Under the pieces are notes generated by a model. That model had not been told where the DNA came from. It saw nothing but the letters and a program-made list of their open reading frames with translations, and did not search any database. Positions 9,370 to 19,503 of a stretch of DNA of 64,000 nt are shown here, piece after piece. The translations under genes were made by a program, and so were the position numbers. Position 1 is the first letter of the stretch. Each line of letters opens with the position of its first letter. Source of the stretch: Candidatus Eiseniibacteriota bacterium (lineage in GTDB: Bacteria; Eisenbacteria; RBG-16-71-46; CAZAMP01); NCBI GenBank assembly GCA_965224245.1, contig OZ245046.1, positions 2,880,001-2,944,000 of the forward strand, given 5' to 3'.

Positions 9370-10734
9370 TCAGCCGACCGACTCGCCGCCCGCCGGCGCG
9401 GGCCGGGCGACCGGAACGAAACGAAAGAACAGCCAGCACAGCGCCGTGAACCCGCTGCCGATCAGGACCAGCGGCGCAAAGGCCCCGGCCGCCCCCAGCG
9501 ACTCGGACCAGGACGCGTACAGGCGACCTCCGACGACGCTCGAGGCCGAGACGCTCAGGTTGATCAGCGACATCAACGCCGCGAACACGGTTCCCGCCGA
9601 GGCCGACGGACAGCTCCGGGCCGCGAGGTCCAGCTGCACCAGCGAGGCGAGCAGGTAGAAGAACCCGTACGCCACGCTGATGACGACCGCCGAGACCGGA
9701 CCCGAGAGCGTGAGGTACACGAGCGACGACGCGATCATCAGCGAGATCGACCCGTGCACGAGGATCCGCAGCGGGATGCGCGGCGCGTAGATGCCGTAGA
9801 GGACGCAGGCCACGATCGATCCCACCGAGCTCAGCGTGTACGTCGTCCCCACGAACTGCTCGCTGTAGCCCAGCGTGCTCGTCATGTGCACGTAGAGCAC
9901 GTCCGCCGAGAACGGATTGAAGTTGATCAGGAACAGAAACCCGGCCACGACGAGCACGGCTCGCGTCCGTGCCGCCTCGCGCAGAGCGCTCAGCGAGCGC
10001 GCGATCCCGTCGCGGCGCACGCGATGCACGGGTGCCTCGCCCACGTGCCGGAACGCGATGTAGAGCGTGCCCACGCTCAGCGCGGCGCAGATCAGAAACC
10101 CCACGCGCTGGAGTCCGTGTTCGCTCAGGAACCCGCCGGCGACCCCGGTCAGGAGACCGGCCGTGTACATCGCCGTCCACTGCGCCGACTGTAGCCGGCC
10201 CGTGATCCCCAGCGGCTGTCCGGTGTCGACCATGTAGGCGTCGGTCACGACGTCGGTGAACGCGATCCCGATGCTCGGGAGCACCAGCAGCAGCGCCAGG
10301 AGCGTGGCCGCGCCCGGCGGCAGCGGCAGGAGCGCGGCGCCGACCAGCCCGAGCAGTGACAGCGTGCTGGCCAGGATGAAGTAGCTCTTGCGGCGGTAGC
10401 CCGCGATGGGCAGGAAGTCGGTCAGGAGACCGAAGAGCGGCTTGACGTTCCACGGCATGGCCACGACGAACATGGTGGCCGCGATCTGGTCGGCACCGTG
10501 CCCCCAGGAGCGAAGGAGCGAGCGAACCGGCTGAGACACGAGTCCGGCCGTCGGCTCCGCGGTACCCTGGATGAAGTAGAGCGCCGCGAAGATGACGATC
10601 AGCGTGCGCTGGCGATCCCCGAGTCCGGGCGCACGTACGGTGGGTCGTGTCAGATACGCCTCCGTCCGCCGGTGCCGGAATCGGCCGCGGCGCGAGAGTC
10701 GAGGAGCCGGGCTCGCGGATGTCGTGTCGCGCAT
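9370..10734 (-). CDS. MFS transporter, BT1 (folate/biopterin) family-like; start uncertain (ATG 10734 or CTG 10653)
   Basis: LYFIQG, MPWNVKPLFGLLTDFLPIAGYRRKSYF, AFTDVVTDAYMV; about 12 TM segments. Confidence 0.8.
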   Translation of the reverse strand: MRDTTSASPAPRLSRRGRFRHRRTEAYLTRPTVRAPGLGDRQRTLIVIFAALYFIQGTAEPTAGLVSQPVRSLLRSWGHGADQIAATMFVVAMPWNVKPLFGLLTDFLPIAGYRRKSYFILASTLSLLGLVGAALLPLPPGAATLLALLLVLPSIGIAFTDVVTDAYMVDTGQPLGITGRLQSAQWTAMYTAGLLTGVAGGFLSEHGLQRVGFLICAALSVGTLYIAFRHVGEAPVHRVRRDGIARSLSALREAARTRAVLVVAGFLFLINFNPFSADVLYVHMTSTLGYSEQFVGTTYTLSSVGSIVACVLYGIYAPRIPLRILVHGSISLMIASSLVYLTLSGPVSAVVISVAYGFFYLLASLVQLDLAARSCPSASAGTVFAALMSLINLSVSASSVVGGRLYASWSESLGAAGAFAPLVLIGSGFTALCWLFFRFVPVARPAPAGGESVG

Positions 10735-10872
10735 TGTAGGCCAATCCGTGCCCGAGGCGGAGCGCCGCGATCCGAACACGCACCGGCCGGCGCCCGCCGC
10801 TCGCGCAACCCGGCGGCCGGCGGTACCGTACCCCGTGGCTGGTCGCGATCCCCAGAGCCGACGCGAGGACGC

Positions 10873-11673
10873 ATGCCCGAGCTCGTCGCCAATCTCATCC
10901 GGTACGAACCCCACGAGCACATGACCCCTCACGTGGATGGGTGCCGGCGCCTCAGCGTCGTGGTCGCGGGCTCGCTCTCCGAGTCGGACTCCGCCCGGGT
11001 CGAGCACGCCACCGTCGGCAGCACCGCACTGAAGGCGCCGGGCTTCGTCCACCACAACCGGTTCGGCCACGAGGGGGCGATCGTCGTGTCCGCCGTGCTT
11101 CCCGACGGTGCGGTCGCGCGGCTCGGACATCGGGCCGGTACCCTGGCGGACTGGCGGTGGCACCACTCCGGCGAGGCCCGGCTCCTGGGGCTCCGGCTCG
11201 CCGCCGCCCTCAGGCTGGGTGACACACGCACCGCCGCCAGCGCGCTCCACGCCGTGCTCTCGACGTTCGCCCGGTCCGCTTCCTCGCCCTCGCCCGCCTC
11301 GGCGCCGGTCCCCGCCGTCGTGCGGCGTGTTCGGGACTCGCTACGCACCGATCCCCTGGCCGCGCCGAGCGTGGCGGAGATGGCGCGGCACGAGGACGTC
11401 CACCCCGTCTCGCTGTGCCGGGCCTTCCACCGTCACGTGGGATGCTCGATCACCCGCTATCGTCAGCGCCGCCGCGTTGCGGCCGCGGCACGCGAGCTGA
11501 TCGCGGGCCGTGCGCTGGTGGACGTCGCGTTCGATCTGGGCTTCTCGGACCTGAGCCATCTGACGCGCGTGTTCCGGCGCGAGCTGGGGTTTCCGCCCGG
11601 CGCCTTCCGCCGCGCGCTGGCCGACGCCGGTCGGTTCGATTCGTTCAAGACCGAGTGGGCGCTCGCGATCTAA
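10873..11673 (+). CDS. AraC-family transcriptional regulator
   Basis: N-terminal cupin-like region; HPVSLCRAFHRHVGCS...VAFDLGFSDLSHLTRVFRRELGFPPGAFR; GAGGA RBS. Confidence 0.9.
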   Translation: MPELVANLIRYEPHEHMTPHVDGCRRLSVVVAGSLSESDSARVEHATVGSTALKAPGFVHHNRFGHEGAIVVSAVLPDGAVARLGHRAGTLADWRWHHSGEARLLGLRLAAALRLGDTRTAASALHAVLSTFARSASSPSPASAPVPAVVRRVRDSLRTDPLAAPSVAEMARHEDVHPVSLCRAFHRHVGCSITRYRQRRRVAAAARELIAGRALVDVAFDLGFSDLSHLTRVFRRELGFPPGAFRRALADAGRFDSFKTEWALAI

Positions 11674-11745
11674 GGTATCGCGAGCGTAGGCCAGATCGAA
11701 CCGACCTGAAGCCGGTCTCCATCCATGCGACCCGCGGGGATCTCC

Positions 11746-13302
11746 ATGAACTCGATACCGTCTCCGGCCACCGCGCCCCTTCGTGTGCTCGTCGCCCTTT
11801 GTACCGCGTCGATGCTCGTGACCGCCGCCGCGTCCGGCGCTCACCGACCGCCGTCGGACGCCGCGCGGTTCGCCGCCGATGCGGACGCCTGGATCACCGA
11901 TGCACTGACCCGCCTCGAGGTCGTGCCCGGGCTGGTCCTCGCGGTGGTCGTCGACGACCAGACCGTGCTCGCGCAGGGCTTCGGGCTCGCCGACCTCGAG
12001 CACGATGTCGACGCCACCTCGGACACCGTGTACTACATCGCATCCGCCACGAAGTCGTTCACGGCCCTGGCGGCGGCCATCCTCGACGCGCGCGGCGAGA
12101 TCGACCTCGCGTCGTCGCTGGCGAGCCACCTCGACGGCGTGGAGATGGCTCCCGAGCTCGTCCCGGATCGGGTGACGCTGACCGATCTCCTGACGCACAC
12201 GTCGGGTATCGACAACTCGCCGATCGCGTTCCGGCTCGCGTACACCGGCCAGCACGACCCCGACCTCCTGTGGCGACTCCTGGCGTCCAGCACGCCCACC
12301 GAGGATGCACCGCTGGGGACGTTCCGCTACACGAACGTGGGGTACAACATCCTCGGGATGATCCTCGACCGGGAGACCGGCATGCGCTGGCAGGATCAGC
12401 TGGCGGCGACGATCTTCGAGCCGCTCGGCATGGCGCGCACGACCGCGTACGCATCCCGGCCCGTCGCCGGGGGATGGCCGCGGGCCATGCCCTACGTCGG
12501 CGTCGTTCCCGGGGGGCCGGAACGCATTCCGCTCGAGAAGGCCGACGAGACCATGCAGTCGGCCGGGGGCATGATGACGACGGCCCGGGACCTCGCGCGG
12601 TGGCTCACGTTTCAGATCAACCTCGGTCGGCTCGACGGGCGACCGATCGTCGACGCCGACGTGGTCCGGAGAACCCACGAGCCCCTGGTGGCCACCGGCG
12701 AAGAGGGCCGCCCGCCGTTCGGCCAGACCGCGTACGGGCTGGGCTGGTCACACGGCGCGCTTCACGACCACCGGGTCCTGCACCACTCCGGCGGATTTCC
12801 CGGCTTCCGCTCGCTGGTGTCGTTCATGCCGGACGATCGCGTGGGGGTCGCGGTTCTCGTCAACGAGGGATCCATCGGCTTCCGGCTCGCGGACGTGGTC
12901 GGCGTCTGGGCCTACGAGTGGTGGCTCGACGTACCGGCCGGGGAACGGACGGCGTCCGGCGACGCCGACGCGCTCGTGGCTCGACGTGCCCAGCTCGTCG
13001 AGCGCGTGGCCGCCGATCGAGCCAAGCGGGCCGCGCGTACCTGGGCGCTCTCACGCCCGCTGGGCGACTACGTCGGGCGCTACGCGAACTCGCTGTACGG
13101 GACGGTCGAGATCGGCGAGCACGAGGGTCGCCTGAACGTCCGCCTCGGGAACCTCTCCTGTGTCTCCGAGCCGTACGAGAGGCCCGAGACGATGCGCGTC
13201 GAGCTCGTGCCGGGCAGTGGGCGCGTCCTTCGGTTCGAGCCGGAGACCGGTCCCGTGGAGCGCATCCAGCTCGACGGCGACACGTACGAGCGGGTCGACT
13301 GA
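11746..13302 (+). CDS. Secreted serine hydrolase (beta-lactamase/AmpC-like) with DUF3471-like C-terminal domain
   Basis: SATK (SxxK), LLTHTSG, YTN (YxN), HSGG; C-terminal YVGRYANSLYGTVEI; directly downstream of AraC gene. Confidence 0.9.
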   Translation: MNSIPSPATAPLRVLVALCTASMLVTAAASGAHRPPSDAARFAADADAWITDALTRLEVVPGLVLAVVVDDQTVLAQGFGLADLEHDVDATSDTVYYIASATKSFTALAAAILDARGEIDLASSLASHLDGVEMAPELVPDRVTLTDLLTHTSGIDNSPIAFRLAYTGQHDPDLLWRLLASSTPTEDAPLGTFRYTNVGYNILGMILDRETGMRWQDQLAATIFEPLGMARTTAYASRPVAGGWPRAMPYVGVVPGGPERIPLEKADETMQSAGGMMTTARDLARWLTFQINLGRLDGRPIVDADVVRRTHEPLVATGEEGRPPFGQTAYGLGWSHGALHDHRVLHHSGGFPGFRSLVSFMPDDRVGVAVLVNEGSIGFRLADVVGVWAYEWWLDVPAGERTASGDADALVARRAQLVERVAADRAKRAARTWALSRPLGDYVGRYANSLYGTVEIGEHEGRLNVRLGNLSCVSEPYERPETMRVELVPGSGRVLRFEPETGPVERIQLDGDTYERVD

Positions 13303-13344
13303 CGACGGCGTGAAGGAACCGGTGCGAACGGTGGCGCCCGCGCC

Positions 13345-13668
13345 TCACCCCGGCGGCGCGCCGGCCACCACGCGGGTTCCGGGATCGGCGAACTCGGCCA
13401 AGCACGCATGATGGAAGCTGGTCCGGAACTCCACGATCTCCACGCGAGCCGCACCGGCGCGCACGAACGGGTCGAGCGCCATGATCTCCTCCAGCTCGGC
13501 GCGACCGGGGGCCCTGGCGAGGATGACCCCGCCCTCGCGCGGCACGCGTCGCCCGGACGCGACGAATACGCCTCTCCGTTAGCACTCGTGCAGGAACCGC
13601 ACGTGTGCGGGCATCAGCGCATCGATCGTGTCGAGTGGCTCGACGTAGTGCAACAGAACCACGAACAT
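13345..13668 (-). pseudogene. YciI-family protein interrupted by an in-frame TAA at codon 30 (13579-13581)
   Basis: GAGGAGG RBS, then MFVVLLHYVEPLDTIDALMPAHVRFLHEC*RRGVFVASGRRVPREGGVILA...DPFVRAG in one frame. Confidence 0.8.
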
Positions 13669-13800
13669 GACGCCTCCTCGTGAACGCCCCCGGGCTCGCG
13701 ACTCCAGTCGCGCCGCGACGCCGGTCGCGCCGCCGGCGATGGACTGCTAATGTCGACCGACACCGCCGCGCCGCGACCAACCCGGACCCAGGGGGATCCC

Positions 13801-15060
13801 ATGCGTCCCGACGTCACGCGAGCGCTGGCGCGCTCGACCGGTCTCGTGGCGGCGATCACGCTCGTCGTCGTCACGGCGGCCGCCGACACGATCCTCGTCG
13901 ACCCCGACGGCACCGGAGACCACGCCACCATCCAGGCCGCGATCGACGCCTCGTCCGACGGGGATGTGATCGAGCTGGGCGACGGCGTGTTCTCGGGCCC
14001 CGGCAACCGCGACCTCGACCCCGGTGGCCGGGCGATCACGATCCGCTCCCGCTCCGGGGACGCTGCCGCATGCGTGATCCGCTGCGACGGAACCGCACTC
14101 GAGCCCCATCGCGGCTTTCATGTCCAGAACGCCGAGACCGGCACCACCCGGATCGAGCGGCTCACGATCCGGGGCGGGCACGCGGCCGGGGCCGGCCCCA
14201 CCGGTTCTGGAGGCGCGATCCTGTGCCAGTCCACCTCGCCCGCCATCGCGGGCTGCGTGTTCGACTCGAACCACGGAAACGTCTTCGGAGGTGCACTCTA
14301 TCTCATCGCGTCCCGCTCGACGATCGACGGGTGCACGTTCCGTGACAATCAGGGGGCCGACATGGCCGGCGCGGTCTACTGCTCGTCCGGCTCCGAGGCG
14401 TCGATCCGGGACTGCGTCTTCGAGACCAACACCGCCAACGTGTACGGAGGCGCGATTCGCTGCTCGTCGGAGTCCGGCGCGGTGATCGAGAGATGCGTGT
14501 TCATCGGAAACACCGCGTTCACGTCGGGCGGCGCGCTCTACTGCTCGTCGAGCTCGAGCGTGACCGTTCGCGACTGCGTGTTCGTAAACAACCTCTCCAG
14601 CGAGGGAGGCGCCATCGCGTGCGATGCGTCCTCACCGGCGGTGGAGCGCTCCACGTTCCACCGCAACCGCGCCACCACCGGCGGTGCGATCTTCCTGAGG
14701 TCGGCGTCCTCGCTCACGCTGAACGCGTCGATCATCGTCTCCACGCTCTACGGCGGAGCGGTGGCCTGCGACGACCCGGGGATCAGCCTGCCGGTCCTGA
14801 CCTGCACGGACGTGTTCGACAACGGCGGCGGCGACTGGACCGGCTGTATCGCCGATCAGGCCGCGATCGACGGCAACCGCTCCGAGGATCCGCAGTTCTG
14901 CTCGACCGATCCGGCGGCCGACGGCAACTGGACCCTCCAGGACGATTCCCCGTGCGCGGCCGGCCCGTGCGGCGTCATCGGCGCAGGGGCCGTGGCCTGC
15001 GGCTCGACCCCCGTACGTAGAGCCAGCTGGAGCCGCGTCAAGGACATCGAATGGCGTTGA
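13801..15060 (+). CDS. Secreted right-handed parallel beta-helix protein (GGAI/FxxN, Pmp-like repeats) with C-terminal W-x-x-V-K tail
   Basis: Signal peptide; TIQAAID; repeated CxFxxN...GGAIxC; ends TPVRRASWSRVKDIEWR. Confidence 0.85.
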   Translation: MRPDVTRALARSTGLVAAITLVVVTAAADTILVDPDGTGDHATIQAAIDASSDGDVIELGDGVFSGPGNRDLDPGGRAITIRSRSGDAAACVIRCDGTALEPHRGFHVQNAETGTTRIERLTIRGGHAAGAGPTGSGGAILCQSTSPAIAGCVFDSNHGNVFGGALYLIASRSTIDGCTFRDNQGADMAGAVYCSSGSEASIRDCVFETNTANVYGGAIRCSSESGAVIERCVFIGNTAFTSGGALYCSSSSSVTVRDCVFVNNLSSEGGAIACDASSPAVERSTFHRNRATTGGAIFLRSASSLTLNASIIVSTLYGGAVACDDPGISLPVLTCTDVFDNGGGDWTGCIADQAAIDGNRSEDPQFCSTDPAADGNWTLQDDSPCAAGPCGVIGAGAVACGSTPVRRASWSRVKDIEWR

Positions 15061-15191
15061 ACGAACGCTCGCGTGCCCGGCCGGATCCCCGCGGCACGTC
15101 GGGGGGATGTGCTACGATCGACGGCCGCGCCACCGGCGGGCGGGCGTGTAGCCCCCGCACGAGACGCGACGCCACCGGGGAGTGATCACAC

Positions 15192-16262
15192 GTGAGATAC
15201 GACGGTACCGTTCTCGTGACCGGTGCGGCCGGCTTCATCGGCAGCAACTTCGTCCAGCACCTGGTCGAGCACCATCCGACGTGCACCGTCGTCGCGCTCG
15301 ACAGCCTGACGCCGTATTCCTGCCGTGCGAGCCTCGCCCCGCTCGAGGAGAGCGGCACGATCCGGTTCGTGGAGGCCGACATCACCGATCAGCCCACGGT
15401 CGAGCGCGTGATGTCGGAGCACGCGATCACCGACGTGGTCAACTTCGCGGCCGAATCTCACAACGATCGCGCGCTCCTGGATCCGGGGCTCTTCGCGTGG
15501 ACGAACGCGCTCGGCGCACAGCGGCTGCTCGACGCGTCCCGCAAGCACGGCACGCGGCGCCACGTCCACGTGTCGACGATCGAGGTGTACGGTGAACAGG
15601 CCGAGGGCACCCCTTTCTTCACCGAGGGCAGCGCGCTCAACGCCAAGACCCCGTACTCGGCCGCCAAGGCCGCCGGCGACATGCTCGTGCGCGCGTACAT
15701 GCACACGTACCGTGACATGCAGATCTTCATGACCCACTGCGCGAACAACTACGGTCCTCATCAGTTCCCGGAGAAGCTCATCCCGCTGGCCATCACGAAC
15801 GTGCTTCGCGGACGGCGGGTGCCGCTGTACGGTGACGGCATGCAGCGACGCGACTGGATACACGTGTCCGATCACTGCCGGGCCATCGCAACGCTCCTGA
15901 CGAGCTCGAGGCCCTACTCCATCCCCGACGACGCCGCCACCCGCCCCGAGCTCCTGCCCATCTTCGACGTGTCGGCTCGTGAGGAGCTCTCCAACCGGCA
16001 GGTCATCTCGCACGTTCTGGGCGCGCTGGACAGGCCGTTCGACGACTGGGTCGAGTTCGTCGCCGACCGACCGAACCACGACCGGCGCTACACCATCGAC
16101 CCGACGAAGATCGAGACCGAGCACGGCTTCCGGGCCCGGATCGCGTTCGAGACCGGCATCGTCGACGTCGTGCGCTGGTACGTGGACAATCGCGCCTGGT
16201 GGGAGGCGATCCTCGCGCGCACCGGTGAGCTCGGCATCGACTGGAGCCGGAGGTCGGTCTAG
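15192..16262 (+). CDS. rfbB: dTDP-glucose 4,6-dehydratase-like extended SDR (catalytic Asp substituted)
   Basis: VTGAAGFIGSNFV, NFAAESH, PYSAAKA (YxxxK), NNYGPHQFPEKLIP, RDWIHVSDH, DRPNHDRRY; STIEVYG instead of STDEVYG. Confidence 0.8.
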   Translation: MRYDGTVLVTGAAGFIGSNFVQHLVEHHPTCTVVALDSLTPYSCRASLAPLEESGTIRFVEADITDQPTVERVMSEHAITDVVNFAAESHNDRALLDPGLFAWTNALGAQRLLDASRKHGTRRHVHVSTIEVYGEQAEGTPFFTEGSALNAKTPYSAAKAAGDMLVRAYMHTYRDMQIFMTHCANNYGPHQFPEKLIPLAITNVLRGRRVPLYGDGMQRRDWIHVSDHCRAIATLLTSSRPYSIPDDAATRPELLPIFDVSAREELSNRQVISHVLGALDRPFDDWVEFVADRPNHDRRYTIDPTKIETEHGFRARIAFETGIVDVVRWYVDNRAWWEAILARTGELGIDWSRRSV

Positions 16263-16429
16263 GCCCCCTTCCGGACACCCCCCGGCGTGCCCCGGCGCGT
16301 GACGCGCCCGCCGCAGCCGTGCTTGGTTCCCGGTTCCCCCGGGCCGTATAGTGGTCTGCCGGGTCTCTGGTGCTCGCGCGGCGACCGGCCGCCGCCGACC
16401 ACCCGGCCTCATCAGCGAAGGACGGAGCC

Positions 16430-18526
16430 GTGCTGCAGCACGCCTGGTCGATCCTGTGCGATTCGGCCGTCTTCATACTCGTGGGATTCGCGGTCGCGGG
16501 TCTTCTGCACGTCGTGATCGCCCGCGAGTCGATCCTCGGACCGCTCAGGCGACGCGGCACCCGCTCGGTGTTCGTGGCCACGCTGATCGGGCTGCCTCTC
16601 CCGCTGTGCTCCTGCAGCGTGCTGCCGACCGCGGTCACGCTGCGGCGAAAGGGCGCCAGTGCGGGTGCGGTCAGCTCCTTTCTGATCTCCACTCCCGAGA
16701 CCAGCGTGACGTCGATCCTGTTGACGTACGGGCTCCTGGGTCCGGTGATGGCGATCTTCCGCCCGATCGCGGCGTGCGTGACCGCCATCCTCGCGGGCAT
16801 CGCCACGAACGCGCTCGACCGCACGCCCGACGGTGACGTCGGGGTCACGCCCGCGCCGGCGCCCCCGGCCGGGATCGACCCCGACTGTGGATGCGATGCC
16901 GACGTCGCGACGGCGGAGCCGGTCGATGTCGCGGGGCCGACACCGGCCGCGACCCCCGCGCCCGGCATCCTCGCCCGCGGGCGGGTCGCGCTCCGGTACG
17001 CGTTCGTGGACCTGTTCGACGACATCTTCGGGTGGGTGGTGCTGGGCGTCGTCGCGGCCGCGATCATCCAGACCTGGCTCCCGGCCGACACGTTGACCCG
17101 ACTGACCGGGGGACCGCTGCAGTCGATGCTGATCATGCTGCTCGTCGGGCTGCCGCTCTACGTCTGCGCCGAGGCATCGACCCCGGTGGCGGCGGCCTTC
17201 ATCGCCCAGGGGCTCGGGCCCGGAGCCGCGCTCGTGTTCCTCCTGGTGGGCCCGGCCACCAACGCGGGCTCGATCGGGATCCTGCGCAATCTCCTCGGAC
17301 GGCGGCTCGTGATCGCCTATCTCGCCGCCATCGCCCTCGTGGCGTTGATCATGGGAGCGGCCCTGGACGCGCTGGTCACCTCCACCGGATACGCGATGGA
17401 CGCCCGCGCGCTCGACGCGAGCACCGGTCCGGTGTGGCTCAACCGCCTGGCCGGCGTGGTCTTCCTGGCCCTCGGCATCGGGACCCTCCGCCGCCGACGC
17501 ATGCTGGATCGCCTCGCGGGCTGGCTGAACGCGCGCCTGCCGTTCGACGTCGGCCGCACGCCGACGATGATCGCGCTCGGCGCGGGACTCGTCGCCGCGT
17601 GGCTCACCACCGGGATCGCACGGATCGCGCCCGGTGAGCTGGGCGTGGCGCGCGTGTTCGGCGCGATCGTGGCCGCCGACCTCGGACCGGGCTTGCACGT
17701 CTCGTGGCCACCCCCGATCGGATCGATCGACGTCTTGCCCCGCTCCGAGGTCCGCCGCCTCGTGCTCGGCATCTCCGACGGCGAGAGCCGCCTGCCGGAC
17801 GGTGCCGGACGCTGGCGGGACAACATCGAGGACACGCGGCACCTCGTCGGCGACGAGAACATCGCGAACCTGGTCGTGTCGGTGCACTGGGGGGCCGACG
17901 CGTCACACATCCTCGACTTCGGGTACGGCGTGCGCCAGCCCGAGGTCCTGGTTCGCAACGTGGTACTGGCCACGCTTCGCGAGGTGGTGGCGGGTCGATC
18001 GATCAACGAGCTGTTCACGGTCGCCCGGCACGACGTCGAGAGCACCATCTCCTCGCGGGCCGGCGAGCGGCTCGCGGCGTATCGGAGCGGCATTCGCGTT
18101 CACGACGTCCGTCTCCTGGACGTGCACGCTCCCGCGGCCGTCCACGACGCGTTTCGCGACGTCGCGAGCGCGACCGAGGACCGGGCCACCGTCATCGACC
18201 TGGCGCGCGCGGACGAGGCCGCGATCCTGCCCGGGGCCCGCGCACGGGCCACCGAGATCGAGCTGGAGGCCGCCGCCTACCGGGCCCGGACCGTGGCCGA
18301 GGCGCGCGGAGACGTCGCGGGCTTCCCCGCGCTCTCGGCGGTCGGCCGGCGATGGCCCGACGTGACGCGCCGGCGCCTGCGCCTCGAGGCGCTGGAGAAG
18401 ACGCTTCCACGACTCAAGACGTACCTGACCCCCGCGTCCAAGGCCGGGGACGGATCGCTCGAGATCTGGCTCACCGAGCCGGGCGCCGAGATCCCCGTCC
18501 CGCCGATGGAGGACACCGAACCATGA
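16430..18526 (+). CDS. ArsP/DUF318 (SO_0444-type) metal permease fused to an HflK-like SPFH domain
   Basis: PLPLCSCSVLP, FLISTPETSV, PLYVCAEASTP, GPATN permease motifs; then RVFG...GPGLHVSWPPPI, VGDENI, VHAPAAVHDAFRDV, ARGDVAGF, RLRLEALE (HflK). Confidence 0.85.
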   Translation: MLQHAWSILCDSAVFILVGFAVAGLLHVVIARESILGPLRRRGTRSVFVATLIGLPLPLCSCSVLPTAVTLRRKGASAGAVSSFLISTPETSVTSILLTYGLLGPVMAIFRPIAACVTAILAGIATNALDRTPDGDVGVTPAPAPPAGIDPDCGCDADVATAEPVDVAGPTPAATPAPGILARGRVALRYAFVDLFDDIFGWVVLGVVAAAIIQTWLPADTLTRLTGGPLQSMLIMLLVGLPLYVCAEASTPVAAAFIAQGLGPGAALVFLLVGPATNAGSIGILRNLLGRRLVIAYLAAIALVALIMGAALDALVTSTGYAMDARALDASTGPVWLNRLAGVVFLALGIGTLRRRRMLDRLAGWLNARLPFDVGRTPTMIALGAGLVAAWLTTGIARIAPGELGVARVFGAIVAADLGPGLHVSWPPPIGSIDVLPRSEVRRLVLGISDGESRLPDGAGRWRDNIEDTRHLVGDENIANLVVSVHWGADASHILDFGYGVRQPEVLVRNVVLATLREVVAGRSINELFTVARHDVESTISSRAGERLAAYRSGIRVHDVRLLDVHAPAAVHDAFRDVASATEDRATVIDLARADEAAILPGARARATEIELEAAAYRARTVAEARGDVAGFPALSAVGRRWPDVTRRRLRLEALEKTLPRLKTYLTPASKAGDGSLEIWLTEPGAEIPVPPMEDTEP

Positions 18527-19503
18527 GCCGACGCCTCCTCCCTGCCATCCTCGCGCTGGTCGCGCTCTGGTGGCTCGGATCCGCGCTCTTCGTCGTGGAT
18601 CGAACCGAGTACGCCGTGCAGCTCCGCTTCGGCGAGCCGGTCGCCATCCATCTGGAGCCGGGCCTCCGGGCGAAGTTCCCGTGGCCGATCGACACGGTTG
18701 CTCGCCTCGACAACCGCCTGATGGTGCTGCAGAACCCCCGAGGCGACGAGCCGGACAAGGAGTACCTGACGCACGACGCGCAGTCGGGCATCGGCAAGAA
18801 CGTCGTCGTGACCGCGTACACGTGCTGGCGCATCCGCCGGGACGAGGCCGCCGTGCTCCGGTTCCTGGAGACGATGCGCGAGCGCGCGGGCGCCGAGGCC
18901 CGCATCGGCGACGTCGTGGTGGCCGAGCTCGGCTCGGCACTGGGGAGCTCCGACTTCACGGTGCTCGTCTCGACCGATCCGGCGGTGCGCCGCTGGTCGG
19001 GATTCATGGACGACCTTCGTGAGCGCTGCGCGTCGCGGCTCGACGACTACGGCATCGACGTCGTCGACGTGCGCATCCAGCGTCTCAACTTCCCCGACCA
19101 GAACCGCCGGAACGTGTTCGACCGCATGCGGGCCGAGCGGCAGACGATCGCCGCGAAGTACCGATCCGAGGGCGAGGAAGAGGCCACCGGGATCCGCGCG
19201 CGTGCGAACCGCCAGCGCGAGGAGATCCTCGCCGCGGCCAACGAGGCGGCCGAACGCACCCGGGGCGAGGCCGACGCCGAGGCGGCACGGATCTACGCCG
19301 AGGCACACGGGCAGGACCCGGAGTTCTATCGCTTCATCCGGACGCTGGACGCCTACGAGAACGCGTTCCAGGACGGATCGGTCGCCATCCTGTCCGGCAG
19401 CGGCGAGTTCCTCGAGCTCCTGAACCCGCCCGCCGGCGCCGACGGCTCGGGCACGCGCTCAGGGGGGTCACCCGCCCCGCGCGCGCGGGAGGACGCGCCG
19501 TGA
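18523..19503 (+). CDS. hflC: HflC-like SPFH protein
   Basis: LFVVDRTEYAVQLRFGEP, PGLRAKFPWP, YGIDVVDVRIQR, VFDRMRAER, YRSEGEE, GEADAEAARIYA...DPEFYRFIRTLDAY; ATGA overlap with upstream stop. Confidence 0.9.
   Translation: MSRRLLPAILALVALWWLGSALFVVDRTEYAVQLRFGEPVAIHLEPGLRAKFPWPIDTVARLDNRLMVLQNPRGDEPDKEYLTHDAQSGIGKNVVVTAYTCWRIRRDEAAVLRFLETMRERAGAEARIGDVVVAELGSALGSSDFTVLVSTDPAVRRWSGFMDDLRERCASRLDDYGIDVVDVRIQRLNFPDQNRRNVFDRMRAERQTIAAKYRSEGEEEATGIRARANRQREEILAAANEAAERTRGEADAEAARIYAEAHGQDPEFYRFIRTLDAYENAFQDGSVAILSGSGEFLELLNPPAGADGSGTRSGGSPAPRAREDAP

Noticed and set aside
11746-13302. Serine hydrolase as a bona fide antibiotic-resistance beta-lactamase
   Set aside because: HSG in place of KTG plus the DUF3471-like tail indicate the broad peptidase/esterase subgroup
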